From Trichosphaerium sp. ATCC 40318 (taxonomy: Eukaryota; Protista; Tubulinea), in contig JALMLS010000242.1 of NCBI GenBank assembly GCA_038496445.1, positions 35,090 to 99,089 of the forward strand: a DNA stretch of 64,000 bases. Direction: 5' to 3'. Shown here in pieces: positions 61,601 to 64,000 of the stretch. The notes beneath the pieces are model-generated. The model saw only the letters and a list, made by a program, of their open reading frames with translations, was not told where the DNA came from and did no database searches. A program made the translations under genes and the position numbers. Each line of letters begins with the position of its first letter. Positions within the stretch are counted from its first letter, which is position 1.

Positions 61601-64000
61601 GAGTTACCAGAAGTATTCTCTTTGTCTAAATCACCAACAAAGTGGAAGATATTATCATACACACCTACAACAGACTCTAAAGTTGAACATAAAGTGATAG
61701 AAACAGTCACCATAAACAAGGAAAGCAATAAAATAGTACGGCATATTCCATAATTCAAAACTAACAATATCACGTGTTAGTCACTACCTGATCAATATGA
61801 GGTCATACCACATGTTTCAAAGTTCTTGGCATACACTTTTAACTCGCAAGATCTACCTATAGAAATATTTAATGACTTGCAGAGAAGACTGAGAAGTATG
61901 CCAACATGAACGGTTTATGATTATGATTAGATACTAAACACTTGTACAATAGAGTTCCAAAACAAAGAGTTTCGTTTGTTTTCAAACTTGATTGTACTCT
62001 CTGATTTCTACGGCAATATCATCACATTATATTATATTGATCATAGCATCAAAGTTATCATTAGAGGGATAGTACCACAGCTATGGACGGTAATAACAAA
62101 TCATCAAGCGAAATTATCTGATAACATCTTTAGGTATCTCTTGATGCTTATTTAAAATCTTTGGACATCACTCCAGTTCCACTCTGTCCTATTAGCGTAC
62201 AATTTGGAGAGTTTGTTGAAGTTACAAACAGTTCATACACATGCAATAAAACAAGTGCGTTTTTTGGCATACAAGTTAACAAACTGATCATTTGTTAGAA
62301 CATGTTGTCACTGAGAGTCATTTAAAAGAAGGATTTCCTTTACAAAAACGTGGACGACATAATCTATGGGGTAGCCTGCACGGAGAAAAATTTCTGAAAA
62401 TAGGTGACTGGGAAACACCTCAAAAGTATCCTGGGTTACAAATCACGTTTCTCACAAAAGATGAGAAAAGCAAGGTACAAACCACATTTGAATACCATGA
62501 CTTTCTTACTAATTGATATAAGGCGTTATGATGAGTATCTGAGGGCTAGCAACATGTTTTATAAGTTCATGGGGACTGACAGTGCTTCATTTTATGAGTT
62601 GGAGAAGATTGCGTTCTTTAACAATCCAAAACTTGAGGAGAGGAGCAATACAATACTTTTGTCAAGAAAGTACTTCAATCCAAAAAATCAGGCAAGTCAC
62701 ACCCTTGGTCAGCTTTCCCCAACAGTTTAGATGTGAATGACAATTCCACTGTGGATGAAGATACACGTAAATCACAAGAACGGACTCTGAATCATTTGAA
62801 GAGCTATGTGATGCGTGTTTCAGGCAATGAGCAAATCAACCTCATACCTGGATTACACGGTACATCAGAGGTACATCACATTTATTTTCATCAGTACCTA
62901 ACCTTAGATTTTAGGATACTAGTTTTAAGATCGCTTTGGGCAACTTTAAAGAACCTCAGGAGAATACAAACAAGAAAGATGGAGGATACTTTGGTATGGC
63001 TTAGTAATAAGTTAGTTTAATTTACTAATTGTAACCAGGAAATGGGATTTACTTTACTCAGTATCCTGATTGCGGTATGTCATTTTATACAACTCTTGGC
63101 CACTACCCATGTACCAATTTGTATTATTGTATTAACAATCGAGGTAGGAAGGAAGTATGCTGAATGGGATAAAAAGGAGAAGAATCCGTGCATGTTGATA
63201 TCATGGATAATGATGGGAAACCCTTATCCAGCAACAGAAAACCCTGTACCAGGTGATCCCAACTCTCTTTATGGAAAAGAATGCAAGGTACAACTCTTTT
63301 TTCTTTATGGACTTCTTATACTTTTGTTTTTAGAAAGGTTATGATTCTCACTATGTACTCACTAAATCAACTGGGTTTCCATGTGGCATTGACGATAAAT
63401 AGATCAAAATGAGATTGTTGTATTTTCAAAAAACAAGTATGTAGACATCACCATAGCCATCAATGTGTTTTATTCATGATTTAGATTCTTCCACGATACT
63501 TGTATACTACAAAGCAATAGACAGTACCAATATCAACTCATATGAACTCAAGTACAGGGATGCTAAATGTCTTGTTTTGTGGGTTGACGCTAATCTATCA
63601 GTTGAAAACAAGAAGATTATGGAAATGCTTCAAAAAGGCCAAAGAAGACAGAGGTACACAAACCAAATACAGCCATTCATCTAAAGAACTACAAAGGTAT
63701 TGGTAATGAAGTCATCATTTGAGGTCTTGGCATGGATTGATAAGTTCAAAGGGTTCTGTAACAACAGGTTACGTATCATCACAAATAGATATCGAAAAGG
63801 CGATGGAAATGAGAAGGCAGCAGAGAATTGATCAAGAGCATTAGAAAAATGAAAACATGTGCCAAAACCTATTCTTGTTTTTTGTGGTATGTTAACTACC
63901 CTTTTATTAATCACGTGATTTTTTGTTAACAAGTATTAGGAGACGTGTCGAAGGCAAAACACCTCAGAAAAAAAATACAAGGTATCCATCACGAATAAAG
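58667..64000 (+). pseudogene. ROCO-PARP copy 2 with multiple frameshifts (pseudogene, or partly assembly errors); runs off the window end
   Basis: Same exon order as copy 1. Lesions relative to copy 1: ~2-nt deletion at ~60132, 5-nt at ~62511, 7-nt at ~62640, and several 1-2-nt deletions between 63395 and 63870. Confidence 0.75.

Noticed and set aside
1-64000. Giant-virus or prokaryotic origin of the window
   Set aside because: Dense spliceosomal introns and eukaryotic housekeeping genes; no viral core genes or operons seen.
1-64000. Alternative genetic code or stop-codon reassignment to explain short ORFs
   Set aside because: ORF interruptions coincide with GT-AG introns, and TAA, TAG and TGA all terminate genes normally.

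Overview
AT-rich eukaryotic genomic DNA with many short GT-AG introns, read in the standard genetic code. It is probably a free-living protist (amoeboid-like); the taxon cannot be fixed from the sequence alone. Housekeeping-type genes (ARF-family GTPase, DUF4281/ABA4-like, RGS, DUF1399/GRDP-like, ZIFL-like MFS, membrane RING ligase, 2OG-Fe(II) oxygenase) are interleaved with a dense set of fast-evolving, defence-like genes. (1) Two paralogous copies (about 13.3-19.3 kb and 58.7-64 kb) of a multi-exon ROCO gene read as MORN repeats - alpha/beta linker - Roc GTPase - COR-like - PARP/ARTD catalytic domain (H-Y-E intact) - pseudo-receiver. Their N-termini are divergent while their effector halves are nearly identical. 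(2) A cluster (22-40 kb) of Crinkler/FunK1-like 'degenerate PD-(D/E)xK nuclease + kinase' genes occurs as active kinases, as a divergently transcribed pseudokinase, and as a fused kinase-pseudokinase tandem; the genes share a palindromic upstream motif. (3) F-box proteins carry LRR, NHL and MORN2 repeats. (4) Small secreted Cys/Arg/Trp-rich, basic and mucin-like proteins are present. The window also holds a 346-bp hAT-type MITE with an 8-bp TSD, an orphan 3' half of a tRNA-Ser, and a strong excess of CACGTG. Exon structures were inferred by eye. Several 1-nt homopolymer frameshifts suggest assembly errors may contribute to apparent pseudogenes.
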